DNA of 35,947 nucleotides from Rickettsia typhi (GTDB lineage: Bacteria > Pseudomonadota > Alphaproteobacteria > Rickettsiales > JABSSG01): positions 1 to 35,947 of the forward strand of contig CAMCSP010000003.1 in the NCBI GenBank assembly GCA_945877755.1. Reading direction: 5' to 3'. This document shows, in pieces, positions 20,263 to 28,526 of the stretch. Numbering within the stretch: position 1 is the first letter of the stretch; every line of letters begins with the position of its first letter. A program made the position numbers and the translations under genes. The notes beneath the pieces were generated by a model. It worked only from the letters and a program-made list of their open reading frames with translations, searched no databases and was not told the DNA's origin.

Positions 20263-21426
20263 ATGTTTCGTAAAATGCCGTTTATTTTGGTTGCCATTAT
20301 TTTGGCTATCATATTACTAGATCCTTTTATACCATTTATGATTAAGCAAGGGCTTTATTCTATAAGTCTAACCATCAAAGACATTATCGTATTATTACTG
20401 CCCTTCATCATATTTGGCCTGCTGTTTAAGGCAGTGGTTATGTTGTCTAGTAGTGCTACAAAAATCATAGGTATGATTTTGATTTTGGTTTGTATATCAA
20501 ATTTTATTTCAACATTCCTTAGTCATTATGTGGGTATGTGGGTATATCATTTTGATTTATCGATGATCGTACCAAAAGAATCAGATGGTTTAACAGCATT
20601 ATGGTCGCTGAGCTTGCCTAAATTTATTGCTAATGACAAAGCAATGTTCTTAGGGATAGTGCTTGGTATCTTAGCTTCCAAATTTGCATCAAAAAAATCT
20701 GTGGTTATAGGAAAGACAATAGAGATTTACATAGGAAAATTATTGGGTGTATTTACTTATTTAATACCTTTGTTTGTCGCTGGATTTGTAGTTAAGTTAC
20801 AGTGTGATGGTGTTGTTGGTGTAATTGTAAGAGACTATACTGCAATTTTTGCACTGATAGCGCTAGCCCAGTTTGGTTATATTGCATTTGCATACCTCCT
20901 TCTTAATAACTTAAAATTGAAGAGTTTTTTAAGTAACATCAAGAACATGCTACCTGCAGCAATTAGCGGTTTTAGTACTATGTCGAGTGCAGCAAGTATG
21001 CCGCTTACAATTATTGGTGTAGAGAATAATGCAAAAAATAAGGATGTAGCCCTTTCTGTTGTTCCAGCAACCGTTAATATCCATCTTGTTGGCGACTGTT
21101 TTGCTATACCAATATTTGCTTATGCTGTATTAAAAAGTTTTGGTATGGCAGAGCCATCTTTGTTTAACTACTTGATTTTTACCTTTTATTTTGTACTAGC
21201 AAAATTCTCTGTTGCAGCTATACCAGGCGGTGGAATTATAGTGATGTTACCAATCCTTGAAGGCTATCTTGGTTTCAATGGAGAGATGATGTCATTGATT
21301 ACTGCGCTCTATATTCTGTTTGATCCAGTGATTACTTGCGCCAATGTTTTTGGCAATGGAGCATTTGCTAAGATGATTGACAGATTTGTAGTTAAAAATA
21401 CAAAATTAAGTTTTAAAAGTGCCTAG
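20263..21426 (+). CDS. Dicarboxylate/amino acid:cation symporter (DAACS/SDF family), probably for a neutral amino acid
   Basis: HP1 FSTMSSAASMP, HP2 AAIPGGG, TM8 DPVITCANVFGN. Multi-TM protein. Confidence 0.88.
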   Translation: MFRKMPFILVAIILAIILLDPFIPFMIKQGLYSISLTIKDIIVLLLPFIIFGLLFKAVVMLSSSATKIIGMILILVCISNFISTFLSHYVGMWVYHFDLSMIVPKESDGLTALWSLSLPKFIANDKAMFLGIVLGILASKFASKKSVVIGKTIEIYIGKLLGVFTYLIPLFVAGFVVKLQCDGVVGVIVRDYTAIFALIALAQFGYIAFAYLLLNNLKLKSFLSNIKNMLPAAISGFSTMSSAASMPLTIIGVENNAKNKDVALSVVPATVNIHLVGDCFAIPIFAYAVLKSFGMAEPSLFNYLIFTFYFVLAKFSVAAIPGGGIIVMLPILEGYLGFNGEMMSLITALYILFDPVITCANVFGNGAFAKMIDRFVVKNTKLSFKSA

Positions 21427-21486
21427 CAGCGCTAAACATTTTTGCTGCTAAAGTTATCTTAATGCGCTAAAACTGCCATATATTGC

Positions 21487-21515
21487 TTGATCATTGGCTC
21501 TTTTATTTGTATTAT
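21487..21515 (+). promoter_or_regulatory. Putative sigma70 promoter of tRNA-His
   Basis: TTGATC, 17 nt, TATTAT ending 15 nt before the tRNA. Confidence 0.55.
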
Positions 21516-21529
21516 ACCAATCCTTATAT

Positions 21530-21607
21530 GGCGGGCGTAGCTCAGTTGGTTAGAGCATCAGATTGTGATTCTGAGGGTCGCGGGTTCGAGTCCCGTCGTT
21601 CGCCCCA
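21530..21607 (+). tRNA. tRNA-His(GUG) with encoded G-1 and CCA
   Basis: Acceptor GCGGGCG/CGTTCGC, D arm GCTC-AGTTGGTTA-GAGC, anticodon arm TCAGA-TTGTGAT-TCTGA, T arm GCGGG-TTCGAGT-CCCGT, G21530 opposite discriminator C, then CCA. Confidence 0.97.
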
Positions 21608-21611
21608 GTTC

Positions 21612-21676
21612 AAGTTAGATCCAGAAAATAAAGTTAAAGGTATATTTTCCTCTAGGTCGTAGGGGTGATCTAACTT
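21612..21676. repeat. Perfect 10-bp inverted repeat enclosing two small hairpins
   Basis: AAGTTAGATC (21612-21621) / GATCTAACTT (21667-21676). Inner GAAAATA/TATTTTC and CTCTA/TAGGG. Confidence 0.6.
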
Positions 21677-21733
21677 CATGAATTTATAGTATTGCAGATA
21701 TGCGCTTAAAAATGCACGCTAAGGAATATAAAT

Positions 21734-22774
21734 ATGTTAGAAAAGCACTTCATTTCAAAACAATCTATTATTAATAGTCTAAATGATTTTTATGGTATTA
21801 AAGTTCATACACTTACATTCCTACCTCTAGGAGCTGATAGGAATGCCTTAGTGTATAAGGCAGATACACAGGATAAGTCTTATTTTATAAAGCTAAAAAA
21901 AGGGAGACAAGATGACATATTCATTGTTATCATGAATTTATTGTACAATGCTGGAGTACAACAACTCATTCTTCCAATTACAACAATTCATGGGCAATCA
22001 ATTCATCATATGGATAGCATTAGCCTTATTGTATATCCATTTATTGTAGGAAATAATGGATTTAACCAAGTTCTGACTCAAGAGCAGTGGTTAATACTCG
22101 GTACGGCATTAAGAAAACTTCATGAAATTGATGTTCCGATCTCAATTCAATTACGACTACGGCAAGAAACTTATTCCCCCAAATGGCGAGATTCTGTCCG
22201 ATCCCTCTATGCCCATCTCCATACTGAGCGGATTGGCGATAGCGTGTCACTAAAACTTCAGAAATTAATGAAGGAAAATGCTGAAGCAATTCATAGGCTA
22301 GTAAATCGTGCAGAGCAGCTAGCTGAAAAACTTCAGCATGACTCTCCTCAATTTGTGCTATGTCATTCAGATATTCATGGTGGCAATTTATTAATTGATC
22401 AACATAATTTTATTTATATAGTAGATTGGGATGCACCTATGATGGCTCCCAAGGAGCGCGACCTTATGTTTATTGGAGGAGGAGTGGCTAACGTCTGGAA
22501 CAAGCCACATGAAGAAGAAGCTTTCTATAAAGGTTATGGTAAAGCTGAAGTAAATAGAACAATTTTAGCGTATTATCGCCATGAGCGAATTGTGGAAGAT
22601 ATTGCTCTATTTGGCGAAAGTTTGATTCTTTCAACATCAGGCAGTACTGAAAGTAGGCTAGAAAGTTACAATCACTTCAAAGCAATGTTTGAGCCACGAG
22701 GTGTGGTGGAAATAGCCTTTGAGACTGATAAAACTATTAATGTATGTATAAAAGGCAATACAGAGGGGTTATAG
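21734..22774 (+). CDS. Aminoglycoside phosphotransferase, APH(9)-Ia-like (spectinomycin kinase)
   Basis: GAD, YFIKLK, YSPKWR, VLCHSDIHGGN, IVDWD, APKERDLMFIGGG..VWNKPHE, YYRHERIVED, VVEIAF. These blocks match Legionella APH(9)-Ia as I recall it. Confidence 0.85.
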   Translation: MLEKHFISKQSIINSLNDFYGIKVHTLTFLPLGADRNALVYKADTQDKSYFIKLKKGRQDDIFIVIMNLLYNAGVQQLILPITTIHGQSIHHMDSISLIVYPFIVGNNGFNQVLTQEQWLILGTALRKLHEIDVPISIQLRLRQETYSPKWRDSVRSLYAHLHTERIGDSVSLKLQKLMKENAEAIHRLVNRAEQLAEKLQHDSPQFVLCHSDIHGGNLLIDQHNFIYIVDWDAPMMAPKERDLMFIGGGVANVWNKPHEEEAFYKGYGKAEVNRTILAYYRHERIVEDIALFGESLILSTSGSTESRLESYNHFKAMFEPRGVVEIAFETDKTINVCIKGNTEGL

Positions 22775-22882
22775 AATTATTCTATAAACGGCAATTGGAT
22801 TGGCTAGGTAAGTAGATAACCCAATAGTCAGCCAGCCTATCCTGATGCACCAAATCTACAAAACAAAGGTAAAAGGTGGCTT

Positions 22883-24493
22883 TCAGTCATTAAATATAGT
22901 ATTTAAATAGGAAACAAGTTTATTTAAATCTATTGGCTGATTACGATAAGCAATATACCCATCTGGCCTTAAAAGATAAAGTCCGATTTCCTTAATTTCA
23001 AGCTGCTTAAAAATATTAGCAGTAGTGCTATAACTACCCGGAGATCCTTTTTTATCTTTTATAGTTAATAAATCTATTACGTCGTTATATTTTGTTTTAA
23101 TAAGCCTTTCTACATTCTCTGCATTATTATTTGTGGTAAAGATTAATAAAGTATGCTTGCGATCTTTTATAACTTTTTTAAGTCTGGTTTTTTTATATTT
23201 TTTGTCGAAAAGCTCTATGTCAGGAAATAAATCTCCTGCTTTAATTGAGTTGCAATTATTATCCCAATCTTCAGCAACAATAGGACTATGACGATAATTT
23301 AATTTTAGTTGCCCAATTTTATTTACAAGATTGCTTTTAAAGCAATCAAATTTGCATAATAAATATATCATTTTATTTCTAAAAAACCGTAAAATAGGGT
23401 TTTTTATTGATGTCATAATGGTCATTTGGTGAGAGAGTGCGACAACACTTTCCATTACTTTATATCTTTCTTGATGACTTTGTAATAATTCTTCTTTTGC
23501 TTTATTCATGAGCACAAGTTCCATTTTCCATGCTAGAGAATTTGCGTCTTGAATACCAGTGTTCATGCCTTGGCCACCAGCTGGGCTATGGATATGAGCA
23601 GAATCACCAATTAAAAAAACATTTTTAGAGCATAATTTTTTAGCCATACGATGATTAACTAAAAAAGCTGACATCCAGCCAATTTTAGTTATTTTAATAC
23701 CAGGTCCTGCTCTTTCGGTAACAATCTTTTGAAAAAAAGGTAAATTTAATTTTTTTTCCAATTCTTCGCGGTTAATATTAATATCATAATCTCCTATAAA
23801 CCTGACATGATTTTCACCCAATGGAAATACAGCTAAAAATCCATTCTCTGAGAAGAAAACATTCATTGAATCAAATTTTAATGGCCATTTTATATGTGCA
23901 TCTGCTAATATCCAATTTGTTTTGTACTGATCACCTACAAAATTGGTGCCCATTAATTCACGACAAACACTATGTGCTCCGTCACTACCAATCATATATT
24001 TAAACGATGTTTCTTCTATTTTGCCTTTGTCGTTTTTAATTCTTGCAACTACATGTCCATTCTCTTCGGCATAACTGGTTAGTTCAAGATTTCTCTCGAC
24101 CTTAACTCCAAGTTTTTCAAGATTTTTGATTAAAATTTGTTCAGTTTTATTTTGAGGAATGATCAATATAAAAGGATAAGTGCTATGAATATATTTTGTT
24201 TCAACGTGGCTTATGCGCTCTGAAATTTTGCTATAAGTATTAACAGCTTTTAGCTTTAGCCCCTCCTTTAGAAAGTCATTTAATAGACCAGCGCCTTCAA
24301 ATAATTCCAATGATCTAGGTTGCACACCTAAGGCTTTTGATTTATCTGATGGTTTAGATAGTTTGTCTATTATCCTACAGCTTATTCCGCGTCTAGTTAA
24401 TTCATGGGCCATTGCTAAACTACTAGGTCCGGCTCCAACGATTAATACATCAATTTTTTCTTTTTTGAGCATCTTTAATAAATTAACCTCCAT
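22883..24493 (-). CDS. FAD-dependent aromatic monooxygenase (FAD_binding_3, PheA/TfdB-like) with C-terminal thioredoxin-like domain
   Basis: DVLIVGAGPSS, GSDGAHSVCR, GDSAHIHSPAGGQGMNTGIQDA, LLRPDGYIA. Alternative start at 24472. Confidence 0.9.
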   Translation of the reverse strand: MEVNLLKMLKKEKIDVLIVGAGPSSLAMAHELTRRGISCRIIDKLSKPSDKSKALGVQPRSLELFEGAGLLNDFLKEGLKLKAVNTYSKISERISHVETKYIHSTYPFILIIPQNKTEQILIKNLEKLGVKVERNLELTSYAEENGHVVARIKNDKGKIEETSFKYMIGSDGAHSVCRELMGTNFVGDQYKTNWILADAHIKWPLKFDSMNVFFSENGFLAVFPLGENHVRFIGDYDININREELEKKLNLPFFQKIVTERAGPGIKITKIGWMSAFLVNHRMAKKLCSKNVFLIGDSAHIHSPAGGQGMNTGIQDANSLAWKMELVLMNKAKEELLQSHQERYKVMESVVALSHQMTIMTSIKNPILRFFRNKMIYLLCKFDCFKSNLVNKIGQLKLNYRHSPIVAEDWDNNCNSIKAGDLFPDIELFDKKYKKTRLKKVIKDRKHTLLIFTTNNNAENVERLIKTKYNDVIDLLTIKDKKGSPGSYSTTANIFKQLEIKEIGLYLLRPDGYIAYRNQPIDLNKLVSYLNTIFND

Positions 24494-24661
24494 TTAATTT
24501 TTAAGAATATTGATCAATTAAAATATAAACTCATTAGATTAATAATAAGTTAAAATTAGATTATAAATATAAATTATTTAAATTAACTGTATCCATAACC
24601 GTAGGTTTTCTGATACTTAATAGGCGCTCTATAGCTATTCATTTGCAATGACGAAGCCTCT

Positions 24662-24689
24662 AACTATCACTCTTGAAGGGCGATAGTTG
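24662..24689 (-). terminator. Hairpin just after the adc stop codon (possible terminator or stabiliser)
   Basis: Minus strand AACUAUCGC..UUCAA..GUGAUAGUU, 9-bp stem. No U-tract follows. Confidence 0.4.
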
Positions 24690-24691
24690 GA

Positions 24692-25465
24692 TTAGTTTTG
24701 CGGTTTTAAATAATCATACATCACTCTTCCGTATGGTAGAGTGAGATCAGTTATAAAATGTAGACCTCTTATTATTTTTTTTACTGGTAAATTTGCAACT
24801 GGAGCACCAACATGTGGGACTAAATGTAAATTAGCAGGTCCTTCCCATGCTCCTCTAACATGAATATCTGAACAATTAAACGCGACTAGTTGAGCTATAG
24901 CTAATGAGCCATCTATATCAGGTATTAGTTTAAGATTTACCTGAGTTTTGCCTAGTATCTTTACAATTTTTTCAGTATTCTCACTTTTACTACTATCAGT
25001 ATTATTGATTAGATCATAACGTTTATAACCCATAGTACCAAGAGCTACTAATTGCTCTGACATTTCTAGCTTTCCTACTAAAATAGAACCTTTAATCTCT
25101 AGTGATGGGTTGGCAAGTTTTTTAGGAAATCCCCATATTTCTCTACCACCAGCTATAGGGGATTCACAATCAAGATACATCTCAGCAGTAAAATTAACCT
25201 TTTCTCCTTTATATAAGCATGGTATAACTAGCCCACTTTCATGATAATCCCCAAAATTACTATCTGGCATGGCCAAAAATTCATAAGATACCGTATTAGA
25301 ACCATCTGGTTCTAATGGCTCAGGTACTGCTGCTCTTATGGCTTCAGGATCTGTTTCATATGTAATTATAAAATGTTCTCTATTAACAAACCAATATGGT
25401 CCTTTGGGATAAGTTGGGCTACATAGTGGTGTTGAAGGCTGTTGTAAAATTTCGTCAATTCTCAT
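24692..25465 (-). CDS. adc: Acetoacetate decarboxylase
   Basis: YPKGPY.F.NRE...ITYETD, PEPLE, GGREIWGFPKKLA (Schiff-base Lys), LKLIP, GAWEGPA, DLTL. SD GGAG at 25477-25474. Confidence 0.92.
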   Translation of the reverse strand: MRIDEILQQPSTPLCSPTYPKGPYWFVNREHFIITYETDPEAIRAAVPEPLEPDGSNTVSYEFLAMPDSNFGDYHESGLVIPCLYKGEKVNFTAEMYLDCESPIAGGREIWGFPKKLANPSLEIKGSILVGKLEMSEQLVALGTMGYKRYDLINNTDSSKSENTEKIVKILGKTQVNLKLIPDIDGSLAIAQLVAFNCSDIHVRGAWEGPANLHLVPHVGAPVANLPVKKIIRGLHFITDLTLPYGRVMYDYLKPQN

Positions 25466-25478
25466 TTTAATTTCTCCA

Positions 25479-25556
25479 TTAAAGTAATAAATTTGATATA
25501 TTAAGACCTATATCGTTTGTAGAACCGGTAATAATTGCTGATTTCAACCTTCTCAT
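25479..25556 (-). pseudogene. Remnant of a short-chain dehydrogenase (3-hydroxybutyrate dehydrogenase-like) N-terminus
   Basis: ATG..TAA 25 codons: MRRLKSAIITGSTNDIGLNISNLLL*, the SDR TGxxxGIG Rossmann start with G replaced by D. Ends at the adc SD. Confidence 0.65.
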
Positions 25557-25781
25557 TTATAGCTCTTTGTGTTTTTAACCATTTATCGTATAGAATAATA
25601 GTAGACAATAGTTATTAAAAAATAGTTAATATTATTATTTAGTTTTTCTAATTAATTTAATTTAGAAATTAATATTATTTTCCATTAAATTACAATTTAA
25701 TGATGACACATAACTTATTTTCTATAGCATTCTCCTCGCTTTTCGTGCTAGAATAAGAAAAATTCTAATTTAGAGCAGGCT

Positions 25782-26390
25782 GTGATAGGAAAATTAAAAG
25801 GCTTAGTTGATAGCATTGAAAAAGATTACGTAATCATTGATGTCGCGGGTGTTGGATATAAGGTGTTGTGCTCGACCAAGACTCTTGAGACTTTAATCAG
25901 AGATATGGGGCAAAAGGTAGAGTTATTTATTGAGACTTTAGTACGAGAAGATCAAATCTCTTTGCTTGGTTTTTGTACTAAAACAGAGCAGGATTGCTTT
26001 AGCAAACTAACCACTGTACAAGGTGTGGGTGCGAAATTAGCGCTAATAATTCTTGGAGCTTTATCCCCTGATAAAATTGCTGTGGCTTTGGCCTCGCAGG
26101 ATACTAAAGCTTTTTCTGGCATTTCTGGGGTTGGCCCCAAATTAACCAGTAGAATTTTTACCGAGTTAAAAGACAAAGATATGAATTTTGCAACAGAGTT
26201 TGTTAGTAGCACTAATAGGTCAGATAGCGGCGTAAAAAACACCACCCAAGAAGATGCTATTTCTGCCTTGGTGAATTTAGGAATTAACAAAAGCGATGCC
26301 TATGTTATTGTAAATAAAATTTTAGTTACAACGCCTAATGTTAAAATTGGAGATCTAATTAAATTGGCGCTTAAACAATTGTCAAAATGA
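25782..26390 (+). CDS. ruvA: Holliday junction branch migration protein RuvA
   Basis: MIGKLKG, GVGY, VRED, VQGVGAK, GVGPK, DAISALVNLG. GTG start. Confidence 0.97.
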   Translation: MIGKLKGLVDSIEKDYVIIDVAGVGYKVLCSTKTLETLIRDMGQKVELFIETLVREDQISLLGFCTKTEQDCFSKLTTVQGVGAKLALIILGALSPDKIAVALASQDTKAFSGISGVGPKLTSRIFTELKDKDMNFATEFVSSTNRSDSGVKNTTQEDAISALVNLGINKSDAYVIVNKILVTTPNVKIGDLIKLALKQLSK

Positions 26391-26396
26391 GCTTAA

Positions 26397-27434
26397 ATGG
26401 ATTTTAATTCGAAAATATTAGAAGAAGAATTTTTACAATCTGACGAAGAAGAGAAAACGCTTAGGCCATCTTCATTGAATGAATTTATTGGCCAAAGCCA
26501 GATAAAAGAGAATTTGCAAGTTTTTATTAAAGCGGCACAAGATAGAAAAAGTGCATTAGATCATGTTCTTTTGTATGGCCCTCCGGGGCTTGGTAAGACT
26601 TCAATAGCTCAAATCGTAGCTAAGGAATTGGGAGTTAATATCCGCTCTACCTCCGGGCCAATTTTGTCAAAGGCTGGTGATCTTGCGGCGATATTAACTA
26701 ATTTGGAAGAGCGTGATGTTTTATTTATTGATGAAATTCATAGATTAAACCCAAGTGTAGAAGAAATCCTTTACTCCGCGATGGAGGATTTTAAACTTGA
26801 TATCATCATTGGCGAAGGCCCATCGGCGCGTAGTGTATCTATCGATTTACCGAAATTCACTTTGGTGGGAGCTACTACTAGGTTAGGTCTGATTTCTAAT
26901 CCATTACGTGATAGATTTGGTATTCCATTACGTCTAAATTATTACGAAACTAACGAGTTGGTAGAAATTGTGTCGCGTGGTACAAAAATTCTCAATATGC
27001 AATTTAATGCTGAAGGTGCGCACGAAATCGCAAAAAGGTCACGAGGCACTCCTAGAGTAGCATTGAGATTATTAAGGAGAGTTACTGATTATGCTCAGTA
27101 TAATAAATCAAGTATGATCGATGCTCAAGTGGCTGACGAGGCATTGAAAAAATTGGAAGTAGATAAATTTGGTTTGGATAGCAACGATTATCGTTACTTG
27201 AAATTTATTGCACAGCATTATAATGGTGGGCCGGTTGGAGTTGAAACTATAGCAGCTGGTTTATCTGAACATAAAGATTCAATCGAGGAAACCATCGAGC
27301 CATATTTAATTCAGCAAGGCTTTGTTCAAAGAACAGCCAGAGGAAGGGTATTGACCGCATTTACTTTTGATTACTTAGGTATTAAGACTATTCCAAATCA
27401 AGATCTTCTGAATTTGATCGACGACAATGATTAG
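26397..27434 (+). CDS. ruvB: Holliday junction helicase RuvB
   Basis: [47 protein letters not shown]. Confidence 0.99.
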   Translation: MDFNSKILEEEFLQSDEEEKTLRPSSLNEFIGQSQIKENLQVFIKAAQDRKSALDHVLLYGPPGLGKTSIAQIVAKELGVNIRSTSGPILSKAGDLAAILTNLEERDVLFIDEIHRLNPSVEEILYSAMEDFKLDIIIGEGPSARSVSIDLPKFTLVGATTRLGLISNPLRDRFGIPLRLNYYETNELVEIVSRGTKILNMQFNAEGAHEIAKRSRGTPRVALRLLRRVTDYAQYNKSSMIDAQVADEALKKLEVDKFGLDSNDYRYLKFIAQHYNGGPVGVETIAAGLSEHKDSIEETIEPYLIQQGFVQRTARGRVLTAFTFDYLGIKTIPNQDLLNLIDDND

Positions 27435-28449
27435 AGTATTAGGAATTGAATCAAGTTGTGATGAAACGTCAGTTGCAATTGTAACTGATAATAAAAATAT
27501 TATTGCGCATGAAATTTACTCACAGATAGAGGTACATCGGCCTTTTGGTGGGGTGGTGCCTGAGGTGGCTGCAAGAAGTCATATGGATTATTTGGATAAT
27601 ATGATTTCCAGAATAATGGCTCAAACCAAGCTCACTTATAATGATATAGATGCTATTGCAGTCACTGCTGGCCCTGGTTTGATCGGCGGGGTTATAGTTG
27701 GAGTAATGTATGCAAAAGCAATAGCAGCAGCTTCTTATAAACCAATTATTGCAGTAAATCATCTTGAAGGACATGCTCTTACGGTACGTCTTACAAATGA
27801 AGTAGATTTCCCATTTTTATTGATGCTAGTTTCAGGAGGGCATTGTCAGCTTCTGATTGTTTATAACGTTGGTAAATATAAAATCTTAGGTTCAACAATG
27901 GATGATGCGGCTGGTGAATGCTTTGATAAAGTAGCAAAAATGCTTGGCCTTGGTTATCCAGGAGGACAAGTGATTGAGCAAAGGGCAAAAAAAGGCAATC
28001 ATAATCGATTTAAGTTTCCTAAACCATTGTCAGATAGACCAGGGTGCGATTTTTCATTTTCAGGTTTAAAGGCTGCTGTTAAAAGGCAGGTGGATGAAAT
28101 TAGAGAACTAACTGAAGATGATATAAATGATATTTGCGCTTCTTTGCAGCATACTATAAGTGAGGTTTTGCAAAGTAGAATGATTAACGCATTTAAAATA
28201 CATGCAGGTGAGACTCCGGAAGTTAAAACAATAGTTCTAGCTGGGGGCGTGGCAGCAAATCAATATATTAGAGATAAGTTAACCCTATCTGCTAAGGAAC
28301 ATGGGTTTGACTTTGTAGCGCCGCCAATAAATTTATGCGGCGATAATGCAGCGATGATTGCTTGGGCTGGTATTGAAAGATATAAGTTAGGTTTAACTGA
28401 TAATATCAATTTTGTTCCTCGTTCACGTTGGTCTTTGGATCAATTGTAA
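27427..28449 (+). CDS. tsaD: tRNA N6-adenosine threonylcarbamoyltransferase
   Basis: [49 protein letters not shown]. Confidence 0.98.
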   Translation: MIRVLGIESSCDETSVAIVTDNKNIIAHEIYSQIEVHRPFGGVVPEVAARSHMDYLDNMISRIMAQTKLTYNDIDAIAVTAGPGLIGGVIVGVMYAKAIAAASYKPIIAVNHLEGHALTVRLTNEVDFPFLLMLVSGGHCQLLIVYNVGKYKILGSTMDDAAGECFDKVAKMLGLGYPGGQVIEQRAKKGNHNRFKFPKPLSDRPGCDFSFSGLKAAVKRQVDEIRELTEDDINDICASLQHTISEVLQSRMINAFKIHAGETPEVKTIVLAGGVAANQYIRDKLTLSAKEHGFDFVAPPINLCGDNAAMIAWAGIERYKLGLTDNINFVPRSRWSLDQL

Positions 28450-28526
28450 CCATAAAATCATAGACTAATTAAACATTGTAGATTATGTTTTTTAGAATAT
28501 AGAGTAATATTTAAATAAGCATTCTT

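Noticed and set aside
21424-21450. TAGCAGC/GCTGCTA inverted repeat after the DAACS gene
   Set aside because: 7-bp stem with a 13-nt loop and no U-run; possible terminator but too weak to call.
22795-22842. Imperfect inverted repeat (TGGCT...AGCCA) between aph and the monooxygenase
   Set aside because: Short stem, long loop and no U-tract; cannot be supported as a terminator.
24590-24660. TTGCAATGACG resembling the end of a Rickettsia palindromic element
   Set aside because: Only one short arm; no matching GTCATTGC partner or second copy seen in the window.
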